A stretch of DNA of 61,945 bases from positions 1 to 61,945 of IMG/VR virus record IMGVR_UViG_3300046005_001016; one strand, 5' to 3'. The position numbers and the translations under genes are program-made. The stretch comes from a virus. Taxonomy: Duplodnaviria; Caudoviricetes. Below are positions 20,117 to 29,121 of this stretch, in pieces. Position 1 is the first letter of the stretch. Every line of letters begins with the position of its first letter. The notes below the pieces were generated by a model. The model did not search any database and had not been told where the DNA came from. It saw only the letters and a program-made list of their open reading frames with translations.

Positions 20117-20335
20117 ATGACCACCAAAAACTGGAAAGAAATCACGGCCGCGGTCGCTGAAGACATCCGTTGTCACCGAGAAAACGGAGTAAGCCTGAAC
20201 CCGTATTCAACCAACAGGGCTCGAACATCCTGGCAGAACGGGTTTGATGGCGCGCCGGTTTCGCTGACGGATTGGCCCGCAGAGTACCAGCGCGGGAAAG
20301 TTGCGGCGCTGATGTTGGGTGCGGTGAAAGCATGA
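20117..20335 (+). CDS. Rmf/CrpP-like small protein
   Basis: G...NPY.....SW.NGF pattern. Confidence 0.45.
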   Translation: MTTKNWKEITAAVAEDIRCHRENGVSLNPYSTNRARTSWQNGFDGAPVSLTDWPAEYQRGKVAALMLGAVKA

Positions 20336-20517
20336 AACTCACCTACCTAATCCGCGCGGGTGTAACCCACGAGGGTGCCAAGCCGGGCCCGGCAACAATT
20401 CAATTCGTTGTCACTGTCAACGCTGGGTCCGAGTCCGAGGGCGCTCGCCTGGCACGCCGTTACTTCAAGGCCAAGTACGGCGGATCTGAGCCTATTCGCT
20501 CGCTGGAGTCGATATGA
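20332..20517 (+). CDS. Hypothetical protein
   Basis: ATGA-coupled ORF MKLTYLIRAG. Confidence 0.5.
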   Translation: MKLTYLIRAGVTHEGAKPGPATIQFVVTVNAGSESEGARLARRYFKAKYGGSEPIRSLESI

Positions 20518-20602
20518 AATACCTCAACGAGCTGGCCCGGGCTATCGGCGTCGCTTGTATCTTCGCGTCGCCATGGATAATCTACTTCATGGATATGACC
20601 CC

Positions 20603-20917
20603 GTGATCAGCTACGCAACACTGTGCAACCACGTCCAGGGTTTCCCCTGGTCCAAGGCCCTGGCGGCCCTGGCGTCCAAGTCGCCAGCGTGGCCCGAGTA
20701 CCTGGAGCGGTACGAGGCACTGAGATCCGCGGCGCGTGAGCACAACGCCCTGGATATGCTGGCGCGGTTCGATGGCCTGGGGCTACTGCTCTACCCCGAC
20801 GACTATCGGGGGAAGAAACACCAGGTTCGTAAACCCAAAATGATTAGCCATGTGCATGATCCGCAGAGCCCATTGGGTAAGCGTTTGGGTGACATCATGC
20901 AAAAACGCGGCCGCTAG
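20603..20917 (+). CDS. Hypothetical protein (GTG start inferred)
   Basis: 3' part of ORF 20375..20917; GTGA overlap with a 30-aa hydrophobic ORF at 20514-20606. Confidence 0.5.
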   Translation: MISYATLCNHVQGFPWSKALAALASKSPAWPEYLERYEALRSAAREHNALDMLARFDGLGLLLYPDDYRGKKHQVRKPKMISHVHDPQSPLGKRLGDIMQKRGR

Positions 20918-20921
20918 GCCC

Positions 20922-20949
20922 TTGACAATTAGATTCCGGGTGTTATAGT
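20922..20949 (+). promoter_or_regulatory. Sigma70 promoter for the c4-rha unit
   Basis: TTGACA-16 nt-TATAGT with TGn extension. Confidence 0.8.
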
Positions 20950-21063
20950 CCGCTCACTTGAGGAAACTCAAGGGCGGGTTTGGCGACCCGGATATAACAG
21001 GCGCAGACAATAAGCGGCGCCGCAATGGTTAGCCGCTTTTTTATTTGCGTCAACACACCCCAG

Positions 21064-21146
21064 TTATGACGGGCTGTGTGGGACTTTCTCGCAAGGGAAA
21101 GTGCCGGTTCCTGTTACCGGTTCGCCAACCCACACAGTCTGTCACC
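21064..21146 (+). ncRNA. c4: C4-type antisense RNA
   Basis: Closing stem 21067-21082/21129-21144 and GCAA-loop hairpin; single-stranded CCTGTTA and TCGCCAA are complementary to TAACAGG (20995, 21183) and TTGGCGA (20980). Confidence 0.85.
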
Positions 21147-21197
21147 CCCAATGCGAATAAGGGCGACAGGTTTTTAACTTGTTAACAGGAGTCAATC

Positions 21198-21938
21198 ATG
21201 ACTACAGCTCTTTCCGCTTTCACCCCCGTGCTCGAAGTTATCAATTCACACGTTTACGCCACCAGCGGCCAAGTCGCTGAGCACTTCAACAAGCAGCATT
21301 ACAACGTACTGCGAGCCATCAAAAACTTGGAGTGCAGCCCGGGTTTTCATGCACTCAATTTTGAGGGCATACAAAACGACGTTGATTTAGGTCTCGGGCG
21401 CGTCCGCAAAGACCCCGCATACCGCATGACCCGCGACGGGTTTACCTTCCTGGCCATGGGCTTTACCGGTCGAAATGCTGCGCAGTGGAAAGAGTCTTAC
21501 ATCACCACGTTCAACAAAATGGAAGCGGCGCTGATCGCTGGATCAATCACCATCTCCCCCGCTCAAGCCCAAGAACTGCGCGAGCTGGTGCAGTTGGTCG
21601 CGGAGTCCGGTGTTCAAGGGCACGGCGAGACCTGGAATCGCTTACACCGTAAATTCCATGTGAACAGCTATCTCCAGCTGCCCGGCGGCATGTTCACTGC
21701 GGCCGTGGCTTACCTCAAAGGGAAAATGGACGGGCAAAGCCTCAAAGCGCTGGCCGTGAAGCACTTCCCTGAACTGGCGGCACGCGACACGATAGACGCC
21801 GGTCGTGAGGCCCTGGCCAGTGCCTACGTCGGGTTCACCAAGTTGGAGACGGCCATCTTTGCCGCCAAAGAACAGATCATGCTCGACCTCATGGGCATGA
21901 ATGACCTGATGCTTGACGCCCGGCTGTCTATCCGGTAA
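21198..21938 (+). CDS. rha: Rha-family regulator/antirepressor with C-terminal antirepressor-type domain
   Basis: TS.QVAE.F.K.H.NVLRAI..L; YRMTRDGFTFLAMGFTG..A..WK..YI..FN.ME. Confidence 0.9.
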   Translation: MTTALSAFTPVLEVINSHVYATSGQVAEHFNKQHYNVLRAIKNLECSPGFHALNFEGIQNDVDLGLGRVRKDPAYRMTRDGFTFLAMGFTGRNAAQWKESYITTFNKMEAALIAGSITISPAQAQELRELVQLVAESGVQGHGETWNRLHRKFHVNSYLQLPGGMFTAAVAYLKGKMDGQSLKALAVKHFPELAARDTIDAGREALASAYVGFTKLETAIFAAKEQIMLDLMGMNDLMLDARLSIR

Positions 21939-21959
21939 CACCCGCTAACCCCCAAAAAG

Positions 21960-21983
21960 AAACCCGCCTAGTGCGGGTTTTTT
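21960..21983 (+). terminator. Rho-independent terminator after rha
   Basis: AAACCCGC-ctagt-GCGGGTTT-TTT. Confidence 0.9.
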
Positions 21984-22051
21984 GTTGTCTGTCGTTTGCC
22001 AGTGTGCGGGGTACCCCGAGACCCCCGAAGTGAGGTTCTCGACGGCCTGGT

Positions 22052-22376
22052 GGGTCAAGTTGACCCCGTAGCTATCAGGGGTGGTCAAACTGACCACGCA
22101 TACCACTGAACTCAATTTTGAGTGGACCCACGCGGCGCCACTGTAGATTAATGGATCAAAGCTGAGCCTGTGCCGGTAACCTTCGGGCGGGTTGATTCGG
22201 CCACCACGGCACCCGCGCCACGCGTGCGCATCACCGGCTCAATTTTGAGCCCACCACACAAATCCCCCTGCAAATATATGTTGACACGCCCTGTGCGCGG
22301 TTGATAACCTTACTCCTCAAACTATCCAAAAGATAGTGCGGGCGGCCCGCCGGTAAGGTCGGCGCAAAACTGAGCT
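22052..22376. repeat. Non-coding array of 14-17 bp palindromes
   Basis: GGGTCAAGTTGACCC, GTGGTCAAACTGACCAC, ACTCAATTTTGAGT, GGATCAAAGCTGAGCC, GGCTCAATTTTGAGCC, GGCGCAAAACTGAGCT. Confidence 0.8.
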
Positions 22377-22534
22377 GACGATACACCCCCAAATGGCGCT
22401 CCTGCAGCGCGCGTCAGCAGGACCTCAGATCGATATACTCCCCCGGGGTATGCTGTTTTTTACCCCAAAAAGTCGGTTTTACAACCTCCAAGGGGGGCAG
22501 AGAATTTAATCCCTTTTGGGTTCCCAAATCCGAA

Positions 22535-23008
22535 TCAATCCTTACCGTGTAGTTTGTCGCTGATGGCGTGGTGCGCATGCCCCTGCAGCGCCCCCAGGTA
22601 GTCCGCCATGCGCTGCTCACGCTCTGTGAACCCAGCATCCCGGATGCCAGAACCCCGACAGGCCGGGCAGTTCTCCTCCGCGAGCACCGGAGACCCCTCG
22701 AGCACCGCATGACCCCGGCCATGGCAGACCTGGCAGACCCGGTCGATGCTGTGCGCGATCACTTTGGCGATGCTGGTGGCCTTGACGTCCCAACCTTGAC
22801 GGGCGGCAAAGACCTGCAGCCCCCGGATGACCGTGGGGAGCGAGCGCCGGTCCTGGAACGAGACCAACCGCCACATGGCGATGGCCACGTCCAGGTTCCG
22901 GTCTTGTGCTGCGGCGCCGGCTGCGCGGAGCAGGTCAACGTCCCCGATGTCTGTACCGTGGGCTTCGCCCAGGTCCGATGACTGCTCTGCACGGATCAAC
23001 TTTTCCAT
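22535..23008 (-). CDS. Antitermination Q-like / late regulator with zinc finger
   Basis: CQVCHGRG...CPACRGSG; last gene of the leftward middle operon. Confidence 0.6.
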   Translation of the reverse strand: MEKLIRAEQSSDLGEAHGTDIGDVDLLRAAGAAAQDRNLDVAIAMWRLVSFQDRRSLPTVIRGLQVFAARQGWDVKATSIAKVIAHSIDRVCQVCHGRGHAVLEGSPVLAEENCPACRGSGIRDAGFTEREQRMADYLGALQGHAHHAISDKLHGKD

Positions 23009-23223
23009 TTTCTACCTCGAAGGGCGGCAGCACGGGCGGCCAGTCGTTGCTCGGCCTCCGCGCATTCCGAGTTGCAAAAGATCTGCTGGTCCCCGACGGG
23101 GTCGTCACAGTGGTGGCAGTACCCTTTGGGGGAGTACTTGGGACCCGTGTCGAACGTGCGCGCGATGGAATACGCGAGTGCTTGCTCGATTTGAAGGTCC
23201 GCGGCGTCTACTAAGTCAGTCAT
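22996..23223 (-). CDS. DksA/TraR-like zinc-finger protein
   Basis: D.VD.A start; GYCHHC...FCNSEC. Confidence 0.55.
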   Translation of the reverse strand: MTDLVDAADLQIEQALAYSIARTFDTGPKYSPKGYCHHCDDPVGDQQIFCNSECAEAEQRLAARAAALRGRKWKS

Positions 23224-23246
23224 TTGGATAGTGATTGTAAGTCGAA

Positions 23247-23810
23247 CTAACCTTTGCGGGCGTTACAGCCACGACAAAGCACCTGATACCTGGCGTGTTC
23301 CTTGTGGAATCGTTGCCACATTTCAACCTGCTGCGGGTCCGCTATTCGCCAGCCACCACCCGGTCCCTGGTTCTCGAGGGTGATGTCATCGTAGTGCGCG
23401 GCCACCAAATTCACAAACGACGGCGCGCTGTGGTCCACGGTGAGCTCACTATCTTTCCCGCAGTGCGCGCACACAGGTGCCACCTGACCCGCCAAATATT
23501 CCCGGGTTTGCGGGTGTATCGCGTAACGCATCGCGGCCATCAGGTCCTTGCGTCTGTTGCGGTTACCCTCAATCGCCTTGCGCCACGACCACACGTCGAA
23601 CCTGTTGCCGTCCTCAGACACCCACAGGCATCGTGTTGATGTCGGGAACGCCGGGTTGATGTCGTGCCGGTAGGCGACGCAAAACCACCCGGTGAGCGCG
23701 TTCACCGCGGCAACATCCGCAGCATCTAAATGTCCACCTATCGGACACCTGTCAATAATCCCCCGCATGGCGCTCATGGCGTCGCGGGTGCCGATGGTTT
23801 TCTTTGTCAT
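23247..23810 (-). CDS. DUF3223(DCL)-like domain plus HNH-type nuclease
   Basis: RCLWV...D.WSWRKAI, then CAHCG...TVDH...YQVLCRGCN. Confidence 0.6.
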   Translation of the reverse strand: MTKKTIGTRDAMSAMRGIIDRCPIGGHLDAADVAAVNALTGWFCVAYRHDINPAFPTSTRCLWVSEDGNRFDVWSWRKAIEGNRNRRKDLMAAMRYAIHPQTREYLAGQVAPVCAHCGKDSELTVDHSAPSFVNLVAAHYDDITLENQGPGGGWRIADPQQVEMWQRFHKEHARYQVLCRGCNARKG

Positions 23811-23817
23811 AGCCGAA

Positions 23818-24459
23818 CTAACCTGTAATTACCGATTTACATGGCAACCCCTGGTCCATTCGGGAGAACATTTCCCGGGTTGCACGCTCGTAATCCATTA
23901 CTTCCTCGGGTGTCCAATCATCCGGGTCTTTCCCGTCCAGCCCATTTGAAGGAAAAATGGAGAACAAATCCCCAAGGCTCGCATCCCTGTCGTACAAATA
24001 GCACCACCTGTGGTACACACGTGCGTCTTTTTCCGCCACCCCGCAAGTCATTGCTTCCGCTACAAAACCCATGGATAGTGGAGCCCCGTACTGCGCGTAA
24101 AACATCTGCCTGAAAAACCGTTCTTGGACGGCGGGGTCCATTGCTGGAGTAACAACATGTTTAACAGACTTGGTGAGCATGTGCTCGGCGACATCCTCGC
24201 CGCATATAAAAGTCTCCAATGTCCCGTTTAGCCGGGCGTCAGCGCCCAGTGTGGCAACGGCTAACTCGAGTAGCGCGGCCTCCGAAGCTCCGGGGGTGCA
24301 AATCCTCTCAGACCAAAAACGCAGGGCGCCATGCGGCGCGTGTGCTTTTTCATGCGTTCGCTTTCTTTTAGCAAGGTTTTTGCTCATCCCAAACTTGACG
24401 TAGTCAGAGTTTGGGATTCCAAAAGCGTAGATGCCGGAGGTAGAATTGGATTTGTTCAT
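23818..24459 (-). CDS. T5orf172/GIY-YIG-like protein
   Basis: GIYAF......VKFGMS.N...R and E...LETF motifs. Confidence 0.6.
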   Translation of the reverse strand: MNKSNSTSGIYAFGIPNSDYVKFGMSKNLAKRKRTHEKAHAPHGALRFWSERICTPGASEAALLELAVATLGADARLNGTLETFICGEDVAEHMLTKSVKHVVTPAMDPAVQERFFRQMFYAQYGAPLSMGFVAEAMTCGVAEKDARVYHRWCYLYDRDASLGDLFSIFPSNGLDGKDPDDWTPEEVMDYERATREMFSRMDQGLPCKSVITG

Positions 24460-24547
24460 GACGCGTTCCTTGAAATATTGGCGTTGTGGAAAGTGAAGGG
24501 GTCAGGCCGAATACCTGGCCCCTTTGCGCATTGTAAGGCTAGTCGAA

Positions 24548-25903
24548 CTATCCAGCAATCACCCGACCAAGCGCCGCCAGCATGGCGCTCTGCCCCAAAT
24601 CCTTACGCTCCAACGCGTCCACAACATCCAAGTCCACCGAGTCCTCGACCAACAACCGGTGGATGATCACCGGCTCACGTTGCCCCTGGCGGTGCAGCCT
24701 GGCGTTGGCCTGCTCGTACTGCTCCAGGCTCCACGGCAGCGTCAGCCACACGATCGTGGCGCCACCGTCCTGCAGGTTCAGCCCGTACGCACTCCCCGGG
24801 TGCATCGCAGCCACCCGAGACCCGCCCTTATTCCACCGAGCTATATCAGCGGCAGTCTTTAAGGGGTTTACGTCCTTGAATACGGACTTCAGCCGGTCCA
24901 GCTCATGCACGAACCCGTAATAGACCAGCACAGGGCCGCCGGCTTCTTCCACAATCCGCTCCAGCGCGTCCATCTTGGCCGCATGTATCTCAATCACGGA
25001 CCCGTCCTCGGCATACAACCCACCAGACGCGATCTGCTGCAGCTTGCCCACCAGGACCGCCGCGTTGGCCGCGATGACCGCGTCGCCCCCCAACGTGACA
25101 ATGCTCTCGGCCTTCATCTCCTCGTACAGCGCCAGCTCCGACGCCCCGAGGGTCACGACCACGTCGTTGAACGTGCACTCCGGCAGCTCACCCGCTGGCA
25201 CGCTGTAGCAGATGTCGGCGATGGCCGCATCAATCTCTTCCTTCTTGCCGGTGCGTAGCTTCCAGCTATACACCTGCGTCCTGGACCTGGCGTCCGGCTC
25301 CATCCACAGGTCACGGAACTGCGTCAGCGTGCGCCCTAGCCTCTTCCCACCGTCCAGGAGCCCGACCAACGTGAACAGAGACTCGTAGCCCTGCGCTGCA
25401 GGAGACCCCGTCAGCCCAACCAACCGGCCAATGGACCCCCGAATCTTCTTCAGGGCCTTAACGCGAGCAGACCCCCAAGCCTTGAACCCTGAATATTCAT
25501 CGATCACGACCACCTTAAATGGCCAGGCATCGCCGTAGTGCTCCGCCAACCACACAAAGTTCTCCACGTTGATCACGTAGACGTCCGCAGGGGCCGCCAG
25601 AGCCCTCAACCGCTCCTTCTGCCCCCCTAGTACCTGCTGCACCTTCAAATGCCCCAGGTGGCTCCATCTAGCAGCCTCCCTGACCCATGTATCCCGTGCG
25701 ACCCGTAGAGGCGCCACTATCAGTACCTTGTCTCCGTGGTCGCCCGTGATAAGCAGGTCACCGATAGCAGTCAACGCTGTGACAGTCTTCCCCGTCCCCG
25801 GCCTCCAGAAAAGCCCTACACCAGGTGTGTCCTGAACCATTAGGCATCCAGCGGACTGGTAAGCATGTGGCACCCAGGTTGCCTTGCTATTCGTTTCCAT
25901 CAC
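24548..25903 (-). CDS. SNF2-family helicase
   Basis: PHAYQ, GTGKT, IDE, GLTGSP, GLNLQ, QANARLHRQGQ. Confidence 0.92.
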   Translation of the reverse strand: MMETNSKATWVPHAYQSAGCLMVQDTPGVGLFWRPGTGKTVTALTAIGDLLITGDHGDKVLIVAPLRVARDTWVREAARWSHLGHLKVQQVLGGQKERLRALAAPADVYVINVENFVWLAEHYGDAWPFKVVVIDEYSGFKAWGSARVKALKKIRGSIGRLVGLTGSPAAQGYESLFTLVGLLDGGKRLGRTLTQFRDLWMEPDARSRTQVYSWKLRTGKKEEIDAAIADICYSVPAGELPECTFNDVVVTLGASELALYEEMKAESIVTLGGDAVIAANAAVLVGKLQQIASGGLYAEDGSVIEIHAAKMDALERIVEEAGGPVLVYYGFVHELDRLKSVFKDVNPLKTAADIARWNKGGSRVAAMHPGSAYGLNLQDGGATIVWLTLPWSLEQYEQANARLHRQGQREPVIIHRLLVEDSVDLDVVDALERKDLGQSAMLAALGRVIAG

Positions 25904-26174
25904 TCAATCCTTTAACAAATTCCAACACGGTAGTTCGACTATCCAGCACCTCGGCAACAAACCCCAAGTCCTGCAGTGTCTTGATCCGATGCAGCTGGAG
26001 GGCAGTTGCCTTCTTGCCTGGCGCCTTGAGTTCAGCGAACGCCAAGACACCACCTGGTAATAAACACAGTCGGTCTGGCCAGCCGTTCTCGCCCGCCGCA
26101 ACCAACTTAATGGCCTGACCGCCGGCCTTTCGGATAGCGCCGGTCAGCGCAGCTTCGATTACGCTTTCACGCAT
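25887..26174 (-). CDS. VRR-NUC nuclease
   Basis: RES.IE, G.PDR, FAELKAPGK....Q. Confidence 0.9.
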   Translation of the reverse strand: MRESVIEAALTGAIRKAGGQAIKLVAAGENGWPDRLCLLPGGVLAFAELKAPGKKATALQLHRIKTLQDLGFVAEVLDSRTTVLEFVKGLSDGNE

Positions 26175-26178
26175 AAAC

Positions 26179-26388
26179 CTGACAGGCTGACAGACTGACA
26201 GGCTGACAGTGGTTTTTCAAACCCCCAGCCCTAAAAAACAAATGAAATAAAAAACCATCTCTATAACCTTTATAAATATTCATTTTTACTGTCAGTACTG
26301 TCAGTATTTATAAAAAGGTATATAAATCATATAGTTACGGCTGACAGTAAGGCTGACAGTAAGGCTGACAGTAGGTAAAACCTGACAG
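26179..26388. repeat. Iteron cluster / putative replication origin
   Basis: Ten CTGACAG copies (four at 8-bp period, two inverted, three at 12-bp period, one extra) around an AT-rich core, immediately after the primase gene. Confidence 0.8.
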
Positions 26389-26409
26389 TAGAACGCTGCG
26401 CGACCGGCT

Positions 26410-28884
26410 TTAGTCGATCCCAACACCCAACAAACCGACAGGAACGAAGTATTTCGTCCCGTACTCGGTGTGTTTGGACTGCAGCTTCTCGCCGCGCAAC
26501 ACGGCACCCACGGATCTCGCGGTCACCCGATCGCTCGCGTTTGTAGTCAAACGGGCTCCGACCTCGGTCGCCAGCAACCATTGCCACTGGAATTTCTCCG
26601 GCGCGTCGGTTGCTTCTGCCAACCGGAGTTGCGACGCCACGATCTCCCGGGACGCATCCTCGTGCTGGAAGACCTCGGCGCTCTTACTCACACCCACCAT
26701 TTCCTCTGGTGTGAAGTAATGTTTCTCACCAGCCTTCCATAAAGACACGATCTGAGCCCACACCTGCTGCATGTCCAAGGTGTGCTCGTGGTTCACTTCT
26801 TTGACTGGCACGACCCAGAACCGGCTGTTACCGGTCGTGTCCACCAGGAACTTGGCCTCGTTGACCGAGCCAAAGAACACGGTACGGCGTTGGAAGTTGG
26901 ACTCCTCGGCGGCGTAGGGCAGGCGCATCATGTCGCCGTGGTTGGTCAGGAACGCCTTCAACGCTGCGATGTCGCTCTTCTTAAAGGTGGCATCGAGCTC
27001 CCCGAACTCACACAGCCAGTGCTTGATGGCCTTCTTCACACTGTCCTTGTTATGTGGGTCCACGGTGTGGCCTGGCAGCACCAGGTGCTTGTGCCCGTTG
27101 CACAGCGCCTGCAGCCACCGGGTCTTACCCGCGTACTGCCCACCGGTGAGCACCAGCACCCCCCGGGTCTGTACGGCATCGGCCTCATCTGACAGCGCCG
27201 CGGCCACCGCCTGGACCATCCACTTACGGATCATCTTCTGCTTGAGCACCTCGTCAAACCCATCGGCCTGGACTACCGTGGCGTACAGCCCGCCCGCGCC
27301 ATCCAGCCGGTCCACGCCATCCCAGTCACGCGACAGCACCCAGTCGGCCACTGGGTTGTACTTGTTGCGCTCGCCGATCTGTGTCAGGTACGCCTTGAGC
27401 ATGCCTGTGCTGTTGTTCATGCCCTTGGCGGCCGCGCTGGACTGCAGCCAGGCCAGAGACGCCACCGCCCGGTTGTCCATCGAGTAGTTCTCCCCGGGGA
27501 TCTTGATCTCCACCTCCCGGCTGATCTGGTTGTAGCGCACGCTCACCGTTTGCATATTGCACAGGGTGATGACGTTCTCGATCGTCAGCAGCGGGTAACC
27601 ATCCGGCGAAACATGCGGGAAGGTGCGGGTGGTGCCGTCGGGCACCAGGGTCAGCCACTTACGCACGGTGGCCAGTGGCAGCTTGACGTCGAGCTGTACA
27701 CCACGCTTTTGGAACCATCCAGCGATCCGCTCCCGGTCGCCCGGGCGATACCTCGCATCGCGCGCCAGGCCAGGGGCGAGCTCTCGCTCGAGCGACGCCA
27801 CCGACTCGCAGTCCAGGATCTGGTTACGCAGGCCCTCCATATGTGCCTCGTGCACCTTCAGGTCGCCCGCGTACAGGGTCTCCACCCCATCGGAGTCCCC
27901 GCCGCCACCCACAGCCTCGTCCACGAACTCACCGAAGTCGGCATCCGGATCACGGGGATTTACAAACCCCACCATCTTGGCGAAGGTGTGGGTCTTCCTA
28001 CCGGCGCACGAAGCGTGTAGGCATACGTAAGCGCCGTGGGCGTAACCTTTCACCCCCGCGGGGAAGTAGACAGAACTGCTGTCCCCTTCAACGCCGGAGC
28101 TGTGGCCGTCAGTCCAGGGGCATCCCGTAATTAATGCGCCATCACTGGTCGTGCCAAGCACCAGACTGTTTTCATATAGGTAGTCTGCCAGCGGGTCCTC
28201 GAGGTCCAGGTCCGCCTCGCGCTTACGAGCGCCAGCGCTGCTCGTGGTTGACGCCTCCGTGGCGAAGTCCATCTCCAGCATGTCCCAGACAAAGCCGAGC
28301 TCGGCGGGGGTCATCTCGGGGAACGTAGCGGGCGCGCTGCCACCATCCCACTCAATGCGGGCGCCCGAAGCGTGTGTCCCGGCCACCACGCACTGCTGCC
28401 CGCTTGCGAGTAGCTCGATGATGCCGCCGTCTACTGGCATCTTGCGCTTGGAGATCGGCTCGTCGGACGGCACGCGTACCAGTACCAGAAACTTGGAGCT
28501 GTTGTTGCGCCGCCGGGCCTGGAACCCTTGCGGTATCAGCTGGGTCAGCGCGGCCTCAATAGCATCCGCGCGCGCGGGGTCAGTCACGTCCACGTCCAAG
28601 GCGCGCAGCTCACGGGTCTGTAGGCAAATGCCCAGCGCACCCTGCCGGGACCACTTGTCCACCTCGGTGGCCGTGGCAGCCTTCTGGGTCCAGTTAATAA
28701 TCCCCCGCGCCATACCGTTGCCGTTGATCTCGCTGGGTGTTTTGCCAAGCTCCTTCATGGCGCTGGTTGGGCTGATCTCAATGGACGTGTCACTCACAAC
28801 GGGCAGCAGGTCTTGCGTGAGCCCGTTGACTGTGGACCATGTGGCCCAGTCCTCGGGCGAGGCGCCGTAATTTTTTGTACTCAA
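26410..28884 (-). CDS. Primase-polymerase / VapE-type helicase fusion
   Basis: N-terminal K.P, ALDVD, C..H..C.H.C zinc site; C-terminal GGQYAGKT, EFGEL, RLPY, GSVN...FL.D.TGNSRFW. Confidence 0.88.
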   Translation of the reverse strand: MSTKNYGASPEDWATWSTVNGLTQDLLPVVSDTSIEISPTSAMKELGKTPSEINGNGMARGIINWTQKAATATEVDKWSRQGALGICLQTRELRALDVDVTDPARADAIEAALTQLIPQGFQARRRNNSSKFLVLVRVPSDEPISKRKMPVDGGIIELLASGQQCVVAGTHASGARIEWDGGSAPATFPEMTPAELGFVWDMLEMDFATEASTTSSAGARKREADLDLEDPLADYLYENSLVLGTTSDGALITGCPWTDGHSSGVEGDSSSVYFPAGVKGYAHGAYVCLHASCAGRKTHTFAKMVGFVNPRDPDADFGEFVDEAVGGGGDSDGVETLYAGDLKVHEAHMEGLRNQILDCESVASLERELAPGLARDARYRPGDRERIAGWFQKRGVQLDVKLPLATVRKWLTLVPDGTTRTFPHVSPDGYPLLTIENVITLCNMQTVSVRYNQISREVEIKIPGENYSMDNRAVASLAWLQSSAAAKGMNNSTGMLKAYLTQIGERNKYNPVADWVLSRDWDGVDRLDGAGGLYATVVQADGFDEVLKQKMIRKWMVQAVAAALSDEADAVQTRGVLVLTGGQYAGKTRWLQALCNGHKHLVLPGHTVDPHNKDSVKKAIKHWLCEFGELDATFKKSDIAALKAFLTNHGDMMRLPYAAEESNFQRRTVFFGSVNEAKFLVDTTGNSRFWVVPVKEVNHEHTLDMQQVWAQIVSLWKAGEKHYFTPEEMVGVSKSAEVFQHEDASREIVASQLRLAEATDAPEKFQWQWLLATEVGARLTTNASDRVTARSVGAVLRGEKLQSKHTEYGTKYFVPVGLLGVGID

Positions 28885-29121
28885 AATGTCTACTCCATAG
28901 GTTGCGGTGAAAGGGGTGTGATCTTACATTCGGGTAGTCGCACTAGCAAATAGGCAACGACTATCAATCCAAGAACGCCATAGCAAAAGCTCACTGGATA
29001 AACGATCATCTTGAAAGTACGACTTCCCTGCCTATGATTAATGCACTTGCGAATTATCAACTCCGCCGGCAACCGGCTAGATAGAGTAGCAATACCGTAA
29101 CCGAACTAACCGAAAGCAACC

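Noticed and set aside
22021-22376. Palindrome array as a CRISPR array
   Set aside because: Units are short, non-identical and irregularly spaced; no cas operon. The DUF2800 gene is a standard replication-module nuclease
28890-29072. cro gene divergent from the repressor
   Set aside because: No HTH pattern, weak start; the region reads as promoter/operator DNA
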